Below are positions 8,465-17,439 of a DNA stretch of 50,792 nt, in pieces. This DNA comes from Minisyncoccota bacterium (GTDB taxonomy: Bacteria; Patescibacteriota; Minisyncoccia; Phycocordibacterales; GWA1-40-21). The notes under the pieces are model-generated. The model saw only the letters and a list, made by a program, of their open reading frames with translations, was not told where the DNA came from and did no database searches. The stretch spans positions 70,592 to 121,383 of the forward strand of contig JBAYKL010000001.1 of the NCBI GenBank assembly GCA_041664585.1, in the 5' to 3' direction. Made by a program: the position numbers and the translations under genes. The number at the start of each line of letters is the position of its first letter. Position 1 is the first letter of the stretch.

Positions 8465-9560
8465 TGAAGGGGTTAACTTTAACGAACATGTCCTTCTTGG
8501 TGTTGGAAAACAGTTCTCTGAGAACCGTTATTACTATAATGTTTCAAATGATCCAGAATTATTTAAGTATAATCTTCCTTCAGAAATACTTTTGCCACAG
8601 AATATAGAGTCGAGCATTTATTACAATAAAGATTCAAGATTGTCGTTACGTATTCAGGGTGATATTCTCCATCTTTTTTACGAAGAAAAAATTTTATTTC
8701 CCGTGTCCTTCAATGATAGACCTAATTTTTTTAGTAAAGATTTAAAAAATGGTATAGAATGTAAAAAAGTAATTTCAATGTATGGAAGATATGTTCTGGC
8801 CTTTTTTACTGATTCATCTTGTATATACTTTGAAAAAGGAATGCCATGTAAATTTTGTTCTCTTAAACCGTCTCGTAGAACCTTTGGAAAAGATAATGAA
8901 AAAGTGATAACCCCAGAGATGGCTAAAGAAGCTAGTGAAATAGCTGTGCAGACTGATACCGAAAGAATTAAATATGTTATGTATACAGCTGGAACTCCAG
9001 GTAATATAGATAAGGGATATGAACAGCAAATAGAAATGATTGAAAAAGTGAAGCCTTCGTTTTCTAATGATGTAAAGCATCACCTCACAATAATACCCAC
9101 AACAAACAAAAAACTTTTAGAAAAAATTAACAAAGCGGGGCTTGATTCAATAGCTTTTGATATTGAGGTTTTTGATAAAAAACTTTTTACCAAGTATTGT
9201 CCTGGAAAGTCTACTTTTATTGGACACGATGGTTTTATTGAAAGTCTAAAATTGGCGAGAAGTGTATTTGGGCATAGTAATGTTAAAGTCGGTTTTGTTG
9301 GAGGATTAGAGCCAATCGAATCGCTAAAAGAAGGAATGGAGTTTTTTGGAAAATTAGGCATTAGTATTGCGATTAATGTATTCCACCCAGACAAAAATAC
9401 TGAACTAGAGTATAAAACAAGACCGAGTATTGATTTTCTATTTGAAATGGTTAAGTTTCAATCTGAGGTGTATAAAAAGTATAATCTGATACCCGTTTTC
9501 CCATTTGGCGGCAGACGAAGTTCTTTGGACACAGAAGTGTACAGGGGTTTCTTTGACTAA
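8415..9560 (+). CDS. radical-SAM-like enzyme with non-canonical Cys triad (C-X8-C-X2-C)
   Basis: C136, C145 and C148 lie in DSSCIYFEKGMPCKFCSL. Downstream blocks are TIM-barrel-like (YTAGTPG, GLDSIAFDIEVFD, VGFVGGLEP). The ~130-aa N-terminal domain is of unknown type. Confidence 0.5.
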   Translation: MKIDLKNPGHIKLLLLSEGVNFNEHVLLGVGKQFSENRYYYNVSNDPELFKYNLPSEILLPQNIESSIYYNKDSRLSLRIQGDILHLFYEEKILFPVSFNDRPNFFSKDLKNGIECKKVISMYGRYVLAFFTDSSCIYFEKGMPCKFCSLKPSRRTFGKDNEKVITPEMAKEASEIAVQTDTERIKYVMYTAGTPGNIDKGYEQQIEMIEKVKPSFSNDVKHHLTIIPTTNKKLLEKINKAGLDSIAFDIEVFDKKLFTKYCPGKSTFIGHDGFIESLKLARSVFGHSNVKVGFVGGLEPIESLKEGMEFFGKLGISIAINVFHPDKNTELEYKTRPSIDFLFEMVKFQSEVYKKYNLIPVFPFGGRRSSLDTEVYRGFFD

Positions 9561-9561
9561 T

Positions 9562-10047
9562 ATGAAAAAATCAAGATTAACCGACCATTGTACTTGTGAA
9601 TGCTTTGCTAAATTTGACAATCAAGGTAAAGATATAATAAGGCTTTATCAGCACTGGGTTCTATACCTCAATTTTAATCAGGGTTTCGTAGGTAGAAGTC
9701 TTGTTATATTAAAGAAACATAAAAAGGATATTACAGAAATAACAGACGAAGAAAACTCGGAGCTTCTTTTGGTAATTAAAAAGTTTAAATTAGCTTTAGG
9801 TAAGATTGTAAGCTTATATAATTTAAATATTGTTATATCAAATACTGAATCTCATATTCATAATAACCATTTACACATACATCTGATTCCTCGCTATGAC
9901 AAACCTGTAAAAATTGGAAACGCAATCTTCCCCCATGATTCAGAAGTGGATAAAAGAGTTTTTTACAATAAACTCAATAGGGATATAATATTAGGTGGTA
10001 TTATTAGAGAAAATATTTTATCTAAATTAAGAAAATTACTTTCCTAA
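9562..10047 (+). CDS. HIT (histidine triad) family nucleotide hydrolase/transferase
   Basis: Histidine triad HLHIHLIPRY. ATG at 9562 directly follows the upstream stop; the track start 9505 is an overlap extension. Confidence 0.75.
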   Translation: MKKSRLTDHCTCECFAKFDNQGKDIIRLYQHWVLYLNFNQGFVGRSLVILKKHKKDITEITDEENSELLLVIKKFKLALGKIVSLYNLNIVISNTESHIHNNHLHIHLIPRYDKPVKIGNAIFPHDSEVDKRVFYNKLNRDIILGGIIRENILSKLRKLLS

Positions 10048-10980
10048 TAGAATTTCAAATTTCCCCAGTAGGTCTTTAGAAGAAGATATATCCATATTAA
10101 GCATATTATCAACTATTTTTTTAAGATTGTTTTTATTTAAATTATTTGATGTTTCATATCTATTTTTTGTACATAAACGATAGTAAATTGTTGCCAAAAC
10201 TATCTTTACTAAAATAGGTTCTTCATACTTTGATATTTTATAGTTGCTGTAAAAAATCTTTAATAATGTAGATAGACGGGTAAGATTGTTTAAATAGTGA
10301 AGAGATAAGTGACCTAAGAAGAAACCGACATCAAAAATCTTGTTTCCTATATGCATAGTCTCCAAATCGTAAATACATAGTTTGTCGTCTCTAATTGTCA
10401 TGTTGTGAGGATTAAAATCACCATATATTGTTTGTTTCTTTTCCTTTTTTAAGTCTGATACTATTTGATTTAAAACTTTATGATTCCAAATTCCATATCT
10501 CCAATATAAGTAAGACTCATACTGTGCGAGTTCTTTTCTCTCTTCTCTAATTGGTTTTTTGTAATTTGCCAACCTCTTATGAAAATTAGCCATACTCGCC
10601 GCAATTTCCCCACAGTGTTTACTTGTTAGAACTTGTTTAAATAATAGTTCGTAAACACTTGTTCCAGCTATATATTCAAGTAAGAGAAAATTGTTCCCAC
10701 TAAGTATTATTTTGGGAACAAAATTTTTTATTTTTTGACCAACAATAATGAGAGCGTCTTTTTCAATCTCAATATCAGTGGGTACTATCTTTATTTTTTT
10801 ATCAGACTTGAAATGATCTAACCTAATTTTTAATACGTAATTTTTACCATCAGTATTAATTTTATACACCTCATGGACTAGTCCTAAACCAACTTTTTCT
10901 ATTTTACAATATTTACTAACGATTCCTTTTTTTATAAGAAAACCAATTTCTTTTTTTTTCGTATAGGAATTAGTTGTCAT
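10036..10980 (-). CDS. aminoglycoside/choline-kinase-like phosphotransferase (APH fold)
   Basis: The catalytic-loop-like IYGDFNPHNMTI and the metal-binding-like IYDLETMHIG match the order of APH/ChoK family motifs. Overlaps the lysS stop by 11 nt. Confidence 0.65.
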   Translation of the reverse strand: MTTNSYTKKKEIGFLIKKGIVSKYCKIEKVGLGLVHEVYKINTDGKNYVLKIRLDHFKSDKKIKIVPTDIEIEKDALIIVGQKIKNFVPKIILSGNNFLLLEYIAGTSVYELLFKQVLTSKHCGEIAASMANFHKRLANYKKPIREERKELAQYESYLYWRYGIWNHKVLNQIVSDLKKEKKQTIYGDFNPHNMTIRDDKLCIYDLETMHIGNKIFDVGFFLGHLSLHYLNNLTRLSTLLKIFYSNYKISKYEEPILVKIVLATIYYRLCTKNRYETSNNLNKNNLKKIVDNMLNMDISSSKDLLGKFEILLGK

Positions 10981-12463
10981 TTTCTGGTTTTAATAAAGGA
11001 AACATCACTACATCTCTTAGGTTTGATTGCTCTGTTAGTAAAGCAACAATTCTTTCTATACCCATACCCCAACCAGAGACTGGGGGCATTCCATACTCTA
11101 AGGCTTCTATATATTCATCATCTTTTAGCATAGCTTCTGTATCTCCTTTGTCGCGAAAATTAGTCTGCTGTTCAAAACGCTCCTTTTGATCTATTGGGTC
11201 AACCAATTCACTATATGCATTTAGAATCTCCCACCCATTTATAATCAATTGGAAACGATCGGTAATCTGTCCATTGATGTCATTTTTTCTTGCGAGAGGT
11301 GATATGTCTAAGGGGTGTTGGGTAAGAAAAGTGGGATTAACTAATTTTGGTCTTGATACTTTTTTATAAAGAGCATCAATTAGGTTTCCACGACCTAATT
11401 TCCCTATATCATCAATCTGTATTCCCTTTCTTTTGATTTCATTTTTTAAGTCGTCTCCATTTGGAAATTTATCAATATCTATTTCACAATCTTTAATGAG
11501 GATTTCTCTAAAAGAAACTTTATTCCACGGAAGCGAAAAATCTACTTCAATAAGCTCTTCATTTCTATTCAAAATATTAAATTTCAAAGAACCCTTAAGT
11601 TTCTTAATAATACTTGTTAGCATATTCTCAGTAAATTCCATATTCTTTTCATAGTCCCAATAAGCACAATAGTGTTCAACCATGGTAAAATCCTGTAGAT
11701 GGCTTGGGTCCATACCTTCATTCCTGAAAACTCTAGCAACTTCAAATATTTTTTCATATCCACCTATTATTGCTTCTTTTAGATATATTTCTGGAGCTAT
11801 TCTCAAAAAAACATCCATGTCGAGTGCATTATAGTGAGTAATGAATGGTTTTGCTAATGCTCCAGATGCATTATTACAAATCACAGGTGTATCTATCTCT
11901 GTAAAGCCATTCTGCTGGTAGTAATTTCTTAATTCCCAAACAAATTTACTTTTAAAATCAAATCTATCTTTTGTAGATTGATTCATTATTAAATCTAGAT
12001 ATCTTTTTCGGTATTTTAATTCGGTATCTTGTATGCCGTGCCATTTTTCAGGTAGAGGTGATATTGCTTTACTTAAAAAGGTATACGAACGAACAAGGAT
12101 AGACATCTCACCTTTTTGAGTGAAAAAAATCTCACCTTTAACACCTATAAAGTCACCTCGATCAAGAATATTTATAAATTGTTTGTATGATTTCTCCTCC
12201 AATTCTCCGACTCTAAATATTATTTGCATTTTACCCGTGCTGTCTTGTAACTGAGCAAAAGTTACCTTCCCCATTTTTCTCAATAAAACAATTCTACCAG
12301 CAGTGCTTACTTCTTCTCCTGCGGTTTTACCTCTTGCGCTAGATATAGAGTGTGTCTTGTCATATTTACCAGAATAAGGGAGCATCCCTAGTTGCTTAAT
12401 AGTATCTATTTTTTTGATACGATCTTGTCTTTCGCTATATGAATTTTCTTTTTTTTCTTCCAT
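10970..12463 (-). CDS. lysS: lysyl-tRNA synthetase, class II
   Basis: N-terminal OB-fold region, motif 2 VFRNEGMDPSHLQDFTMVE, motif 3 GWGMGIERIVALL. 497 aa. Confidence 0.92.
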   Translation of the reverse strand: MEEKKENSYSERQDRIKKIDTIKQLGMLPYSGKYDKTHSISSARGKTAGEEVSTAGRIVLLRKMGKVTFAQLQDSTGKMQIIFRVGELEEKSYKQFINILDRGDFIGVKGEIFFTQKGEMSILVRSYTFLSKAISPLPEKWHGIQDTELKYRKRYLDLIMNQSTKDRFDFKSKFVWELRNYYQQNGFTEIDTPVICNNASGALAKPFITHYNALDMDVFLRIAPEIYLKEAIIGGYEKIFEVARVFRNEGMDPSHLQDFTMVEHYCAYWDYEKNMEFTENMLTSIIKKLKGSLKFNILNRNEELIEVDFSLPWNKVSFREILIKDCEIDIDKFPNGDDLKNEIKRKGIQIDDIGKLGRGNLIDALYKKVSRPKLVNPTFLTQHPLDISPLARKNDINGQITDRFQLIINGWEILNAYSELVDPIDQKERFEQQTNFRDKGDTEAMLKDDEYIEALEYGMPPVSGWGMGIERIVALLTEQSNLRDVVMFPLLKPENDN

Positions 12464-12629
12464 AAAATTATATCGTTATATTAATAATGAATCGTATAAA
12501 AATCAATATCAAACAAAAAAGTTACCACATTCTAAGCCTGCTTTTGGCTACTCCTCTTCATCGTTTGTTATTTGTTTATTATAGGATATTTAGAATAATA
12601 AATCCAATATTTGTATATGCAACCTTTTT

Positions 12630-12665
12630 TTTAAAATAAATAAAAAGCACTGGTTTTAACCATGC
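12630..12665 (-). terminator. possible terminator after the 267-aa histidine kinase
   Basis: Imperfect hairpin gcactggtt/aaccatgc (12647-12665), followed on the minus strand by a U-rich run. Confidence 0.35.
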
Positions 12666-12681
12666 CTATGACCATAATATT

Positions 12682-13485
12682 TTATTGATTCTTTACGAGC
12701 TCGAGTTCTACATAGAACTGTGAGCCCTTACCCTCACCATCTGATGTTGCCCAGATTCGCCCCTTTTGTGCTTCTACCATCTTCTTAGCTACGTATAGTC
12801 CTAAACCTGTTCCTATTATATTTGATTTCCCTGCTTCTTTAGCTCTACTAAACTTTTGAAAGAGCAGAGGCATAGTCTCTTCACTTATTCCTATACCACT
12901 ATCTTTTACATAGAATAAGACTTTATTATTAACATTCTTTTTTAAACCTATCTCAACAAAGCCAGATTGCGTATATTTAATTGAATTATCAATTAAATTC
13001 ACTAAAACGTTTTTCATTTTTGCCTTATCATCGTGCACGAAGCAAGAACCTTTTGTTATATGGAGCTTCAATTCAAGACCTTTGTTTTTTATATTAATCC
13101 TAAATTCATCCACAACCTCAAGTACCAAGTCATGCATATCGAAGTCTTTCATATAATATCTCATCATCCCTTGTTCTATACGAGACACGTCTAGAAAATC
13201 ATTTACTGTTTTATTTAAAGAGTCGGTGGATTTTAAAATAATATTTAATGGCTCAAGAAGTTTCTCTGGTATTTCACCATAATCCCCATCGAGTAGAAGT
13301 GAAGTATAGCCACGAATAGCACCTAATGGGCTTCTTATCTGATGTGTAGCTAAAGATATGAACTCATTTTTAAGTTCCCCATTTATTCTAAGTTTATCAT
13401 TATTCTTTTCCAAAAAAGAAACCGTTTTCTGCAGTTCTCTTATTTTGTCATTTGCTTCTTTTATATCGTTTATTTGATTTGGCAT
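12682..13485 (-). CDS. soluble histidine kinase (coiled coil + HisKA + HATPase_c)
   Basis: H-box LATHQIRSPL, N-box LIDNSIKYT, G-boxes DSGIGI and GTGLGL. No TM segment. Confidence 0.85.
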   Translation of the reverse strand: MPNQINDIKEANDKIRELQKTVSFLEKNNDKLRINGELKNEFISLATHQIRSPLGAIRGYTSLLLDGDYGEIPEKLLEPLNIILKSTDSLNKTVNDFLDVSRIEQGMMRYYMKDFDMHDLVLEVVDEFRINIKNKGLELKLHITKGSCFVHDDKAKMKNVLVNLIDNSIKYTQSGFVEIGLKKNVNNKVLFYVKDSGIGISEETMPLLFQKFSRAKEAGKSNIIGTGLGLYVAKKMVEAQKGRIWATSDGEGKGSQFYVELELVKNQ

Positions 13486-13558
13486 TTTTATTATTTATTA
13501 AAAACAAAAATCAACCCCTAACTTTCAAAAGAAAATTAGGGGTTGATTTAAATATCTT

Positions 13559-15169
13559 TTATTTAATCATTCCTAATTCCACATAGAATCTTGAGCCCAT
13601 GCCACGACCGTCAGACTCTGCCCAGATTTTTCCGCCGTGATTTTCTACAATTTTCTTAACAATATAAAGTCCATAACCAGTGCTGTTTACATTTACTTTG
13701 AGAGATTCGTCTCCTTTTCCTCCCTCAGTAAACAATTTGTTTTTATCACTCTCAGAAAGACCTATACCTGTATCTTTTATTACTAGTAGTACTTTGTCCT
13801 TTCCGTCTTTCTTTTCTGAACCTAAAGAAACTTCAACACTTCCCTTCGGAGTATACTTGAGAGAGTTATCTATGAGGTTTTTTACAACCTGATCTATTTG
13901 AGTAGAATCTGCAAGAATTTTCATTGGGATCTCTGGAACATTACATTTAAGTTCAAGCCCTTTGGTCTCAACATCCTTTGTAAAACCGCTACAAATCTTT
14001 TTTACAATTTGAGTAAAATCGATTTCTTTCATATTGTATGTAGTTGTTCCCTTCTTTAAATTAGATGCTCCTAGAATATCTTGAATCATGGACACTGCGT
14101 TGTCATCTGACAAAAGCCCTTCTTTAGCAGCTTCTTTTAATTCGTATGATGTTTGCCCGAAATCATCTTCAACAATTCCAGAAAAAATCATCTTACTCTT
14201 AGTAAAGAATCCTTTAAGTTGATGAGAAATGAAGTGGATAAGAGACTCTTGATTTCTGTTTGCGATTTCTAGATGTTCTCTTAGAGCAATTTCTCTTTTT
14301 ACACTCCTAACTATCAAAAGTCCAGAAACGGAAGAAATTATTAATGTAGCACCAACTAATATTTGGTTAATTAAACTTTCAACAAAGAAAAATTCTGAAC
14401 CAACCAAAACAATCAGCGCCCATACTAGTGCTTGAGATCCGATTAGTTTTATGTCAAAGGCTTTGAATTTGACAATTAAAAAAGCTAAGTATGCAATAAA
14501 GACAACCATACCAAACAAACCATACTGCTCTAAATTAAAATTATCAAAATAACTGGCAAAAAAACCTGCGATAAAAAAACTAATTAAAAAAGCAGACATA
14601 CCAAAGGTCAGATAAAAAATTTGCTGTTTTTCTTCTTTAATTTTTGTCTTAAAATATTTATGGAATGAAAAAATTAAAATCCAAACAAAAGAAAGTAGAC
14701 CAATGAAATAGTAGTAATAGGTGTAAAGTGAATCTTCGATAACTTCACAATTTGGCATATCAAAATCTGATACTGACCTTTTTATAAATAAAATTAGAGG
14801 TAGTAATAAAATTAACCATATCAATTTAGTTAATAAATTAACATCTTTTTTTGTAATATAAACTTGTGTAAAATATATACTGAATAAAAATAATAATGCA
14901 GTAATTATCCCAAAAAATGACCACACAAAAGAAATAAGTACCGAGTTTATGTTAGTCCACACAATCAAACTTAGAAACACCCATACCGAAAACAGAATTG
15001 AAATAGTAAATAAAATTTTTGCAGATAATTCTTTTTTGTCTCTTAAAAAAACGAACCAACCAAGTAATAGAGCAATTACACTAGTTGGTATATGTGAGTA
15101 GTATAACAATTGTGGAACTGTATTTGAAAAAATTAAAAAAAATGGAGCTACTATATCTGAACAAAACAT
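13559..15169 (-). CDS. membrane histidine kinase with polytopic N-terminal sensor domain
   Basis: The ~280-aa hydrophobic N-terminus has multiple TM segments. It is followed by H-box FISHQLKG, then DTGIGL and STGYGL. Confidence 0.85.
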   Translation of the reverse strand: MFCSDIVAPFFLIFSNTVPQLLYYSHIPTSVIALLLGWFVFLRDKKELSAKILFTISILFSVWVFLSLIVWTNINSVLISFVWSFFGIITALLFLFSIYFTQVYITKKDVNLLTKLIWLILLLPLILFIKRSVSDFDMPNCEVIEDSLYTYYYYFIGLLSFVWILIFSFHKYFKTKIKEEKQQIFYLTFGMSAFLISFFIAGFFASYFDNFNLEQYGLFGMVVFIAYLAFLIVKFKAFDIKLIGSQALVWALIVLVGSEFFFVESLINQILVGATLIISSVSGLLIVRSVKREIALREHLEIANRNQESLIHFISHQLKGFFTKSKMIFSGIVEDDFGQTSYELKEAAKEGLLSDDNAVSMIQDILGASNLKKGTTTYNMKEIDFTQIVKKICSGFTKDVETKGLELKCNVPEIPMKILADSTQIDQVVKNLIDNSLKYTPKGSVEVSLGSEKKDGKDKVLLVIKDTGIGLSESDKNKLFTEGGKGDESLKVNVNSTGYGLYIVKKIVENHGGKIWAESDGRGMGSRFYVELGMIK

Positions 15170-15170
15170 A

Positions 15171-15680
15171 TTATTTATATTGTATCTTATTTATCTTTTC
15201 TTGTAAAAAAAACTGAAAATAACCCTTATACCTTTTTTGTAGGTCTTTAATCTTCCAATCATTACTCGTGATAGATTTCCTACAGTTTTTATCCCCACAC
15301 ACACAATCAAAAACGTAATCTGGTTTTTCTGTTTTTGAGTATAAACACATGGCATAATCAAAACAAATTTCTTCTCCCTTTTTAATTTCTCTTGTACTAA
15401 CTAAAAAAATTTGTCCTTTGATTCCAGCATTTGGATTACAAGAGTGATTCACATAATCTGTCGGCTCCTTGTGATCCAATGAAGTCAAAACAAGATCATC
15501 ATGAATCTGTATGCCAGAATCTACTTTTTCCTCTATTAAAGTAACAATATATCCACCAAAAATACACAGGGTTTCCCCTTTGTTAATTTTTCTTTTGGCA
15601 AAAACTCCTTTTGACTTTCCTTTTGTTTCCTTGATTTCTAAGTTGTGGTTTATCCAGGAAAACATTCTTTTTTTATTCAT
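15171..15680 (-). CDS. SET-domain protein-lysine methyltransferase with post-SET Cys cluster
   Basis: GKGVFAKRKINKGE, NHSCNPNA, EICFDY and post-SET CVCGDKNCR. The stop lies 1 nt from the start of the downstream kinase gene. Confidence 0.85.
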   Translation of the reverse strand: MNKKRMFSWINHNLEIKETKGKSKGVFAKRKINKGETLCIFGGYIVTLIEEKVDSGIQIHDDLVLTSLDHKEPTDYVNHSCNPNAGIKGQIFLVSTREIKKGEEICFDYAMCLYSKTEKPDYVFDCVCGDKNCRKSITSNDWKIKDLQKRYKGYFQFFLQEKINKIQYK

Positions 15681-15736
15681 AAATATATTATATAATATTT
15701 CTTTTAAAATTAAAAATATCTTTTATAGTTATCTAC

Positions 15737-16651
15737 CTAAAGACTGACCAAACAACCTCCTAAAATTATAATTAAAATAGAAATCGTTTTCTGTATTAAA
15801 TGTTTCTTTGATATCTTCTCTTTACAAATCTTAGGAAAAAATATAGTTAAAAATATTCCAATTATAAATACGAAAATAGGTTGTACACCAGATATCGTCA
15901 GGGTTAAAGCCACAGGAGCAAGAAGTAAGGCAAAATTAACAGCAAAATTTCCAATAATGGTTAATGATTCATTGGCTATGTTTAAAGAAATTATCTTTCC
16001 ACCTTTGGTTTTGAGTAAATTAAGAAAACTTAATTTATATTTCTTTATAAAAAGATAAAACAATATTCCCATTGAGAATACTCCTAAGTATTCCCAGAAA
16101 GAAGAAACAACAAAACCAACATCTACCGCCACAAACTTAAATAACGTCTCATAAAGAGCAAAAAGAATCGTCGACAACAACATCAATAAAATTATCCTCT
16201 TCTTGAATTTTATTTTTTTCTCTTCATCAAACTCTAAGGTTATTATGGCTGATCCACCAATAATTAGTAGACATCCTACTAGCTGCATCCAGGTTAGTGT
16301 TTCTCCCAAAATAAAATAAGAAAACATATATCCCCAGATTGGTATTAATTGAAATAAAGGTATGACTATAGAAGCCTCTTCTTCATCTAAAGCATACATG
16401 TAAGGCATAATAGCAAAGACACTTAGAATACCGACAACTATTAATAAAATAATATTCTCCACCGAAAGATTAAAAATATCATTATTAATGAAATACAAAA
16501 TTGGCAATAGTAAACCACACTGAAGAGTGGAGAATATCATTAAGGCACCGACATTACTACCCTCAAACCTATCTGAAAGCAAAAACTTATCAATATGATT
16601 GACTATAGCCCAAAGTATCGGTCCAATTAATGCAATTAAAAACCAGCTCAT
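15737..16651 (-). CDS. EamA/DMT-family transporter
   Basis: 304 aa, about 10 TM segments arranged as two repeats, which is typical of the drug/metabolite transporter superfamily. Confidence 0.75.
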   Translation of the reverse strand: MSWFLIALIGPILWAIVNHIDKFLLSDRFEGSNVGALMIFSTLQCGLLLPILYFINNDIFNLSVENIILLIVVGILSVFAIMPYMYALDEEEASIVIPLFQLIPIWGYMFSYFILGETLTWMQLVGCLLIIGGSAIITLEFDEEKKIKFKKRIILLMLLSTILFALYETLFKFVAVDVGFVVSSFWEYLGVFSMGILFYLFIKKYKLSFLNLLKTKGGKIISLNIANESLTIIGNFAVNFALLLAPVALTLTISGVQPIFVFIIGIFLTIFFPKICKEKISKKHLIQKTISILIIILGGCLVSL

Positions 16652-16694
16652 TTGTATCTATATTACAATAGTTTGTTAGGAAAGTAAAAATAAT

Positions 16695-17219
16695 CTATTT
16701 TTTATTCTTTTTATATAAACTATTTTTTCTAAAGGATCTTCTAATTTTTTTATAATATTCATTAAAACTACCCAGACCAACGCTCTTCCTCCTATAAGAT
16801 AGCTTTTTAAGGTTATATATCGGTCGTGGTTCAAGTTCCCCACTAGTTCCAATATAAAACTGTGTTCCATATAATTGCTTCCTACCCTCAGATATTCTTA
16901 TTCTATCTTCTAAGTAAGCCGTAAGCTTTTTATTACCAGATTCTTTTTTCATTAATAAAAGAGAATCCTTTTGAAAAAGTTGGTCTGGAGAATGCTGAAC
17001 AACTAGCCATGCATATTTTTCGCACATAGCACCAACCTTTTTTGCAGATGGCCAACCTATTTCTAAAATAATTTTCTTTATTTTACTAGAATTTATTTTA
17101 TCAATTTTTTTATTCCATTTAATTTTACCATCTCTAAAATCTTTCCTCATCTTCTGATCAGATTCAGCCATTTCTTTTAATATGTTCCTGTAATCTTCTA
17201 TATCAATTTTATTTATCAT
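16695..17219 (-). CDS. hypothetical protein
   Basis: 174-aa ORF with an ATG start. Blocks GWPSAKKVG...WLVVQHS...YLEDRI...QLYGTQF recall an uncharacterised bacterial family. No function assignable. Confidence 0.45.
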   Translation of the reverse strand: MINKIDIEDYRNILKEMAESDQKMRKDFRDGKIKWNKKIDKINSSKIKKIILEIGWPSAKKVGAMCEKYAWLVVQHSPDQLFQKDSLLLMKKESGNKKLTAYLEDRIRISEGRKQLYGTQFYIGTSGELEPRPIYNLKKLSYRRKSVGLGSFNEYYKKIRRSFRKNSLYKKNKK

Positions 17220-17223
17220 ATTT

Positions 17224-17270
17224 ATATAAAATAAAAGGTGTGTTATTACTCATAATAATAACACACCTTT
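17224..17270 (-). terminator. Rho-independent terminator after the precursor peptide gene
   Basis: Perfect 15-bp stem: 17234-17248 (aaaggtgtgttatta) pairs with 17256-17270 (taataacacaccttt). A U-rich tract follows on the minus strand. Confidence 0.7.
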
Positions 17271-17289
17271 GTAACCACCCAAAGGGATT

Positions 17290-17409
17290 TCAATCGCTGT
17301 CGAAATCCCAGTCTTTACCAGTAATAAACTGGGTGGAATCGCCACAATCTGCAGAAGAAACCATCTCCGGTGTCTCAGCAAATTGAACACCAAACGGCTG
17401 TTTTTTCAT
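17290..17409 (-). CDS. graspetide (microviridin-like RiPP) precursor peptide, 39 aa
   Basis: Not in the ORF track. GGAGGTGA (comp. 17416-17423) lies 6 nt before the ATG (comp. 17407-17409). Encodes MKKQPFGVQFAETPEMVSSADCGDSTQFITGKDWDFDSD, ending at TGA (comp. 17290-17292). Sits 30 nt downstream of the ATP-grasp maturase. Leader is PFxxxF-type; the core is rich in Thr, Lys and Asp. Confidence 0.7.
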   Translation of the reverse strand: MKKQPFGVQFAETPEMVSSADCGDSTQFITGKDWDFDSD

Positions 17410-17439
17410 ATTTTATCACCTCCTTTCTATATCTTTAAT

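Noticed and set aside
16676-16870. 64-aa alternative-frame ORF overlapping the 3' end of 16695-17219
   Set aside because: It is out of frame and nested in a longer ORF that has a clean ATG start. There is no independent start signal.
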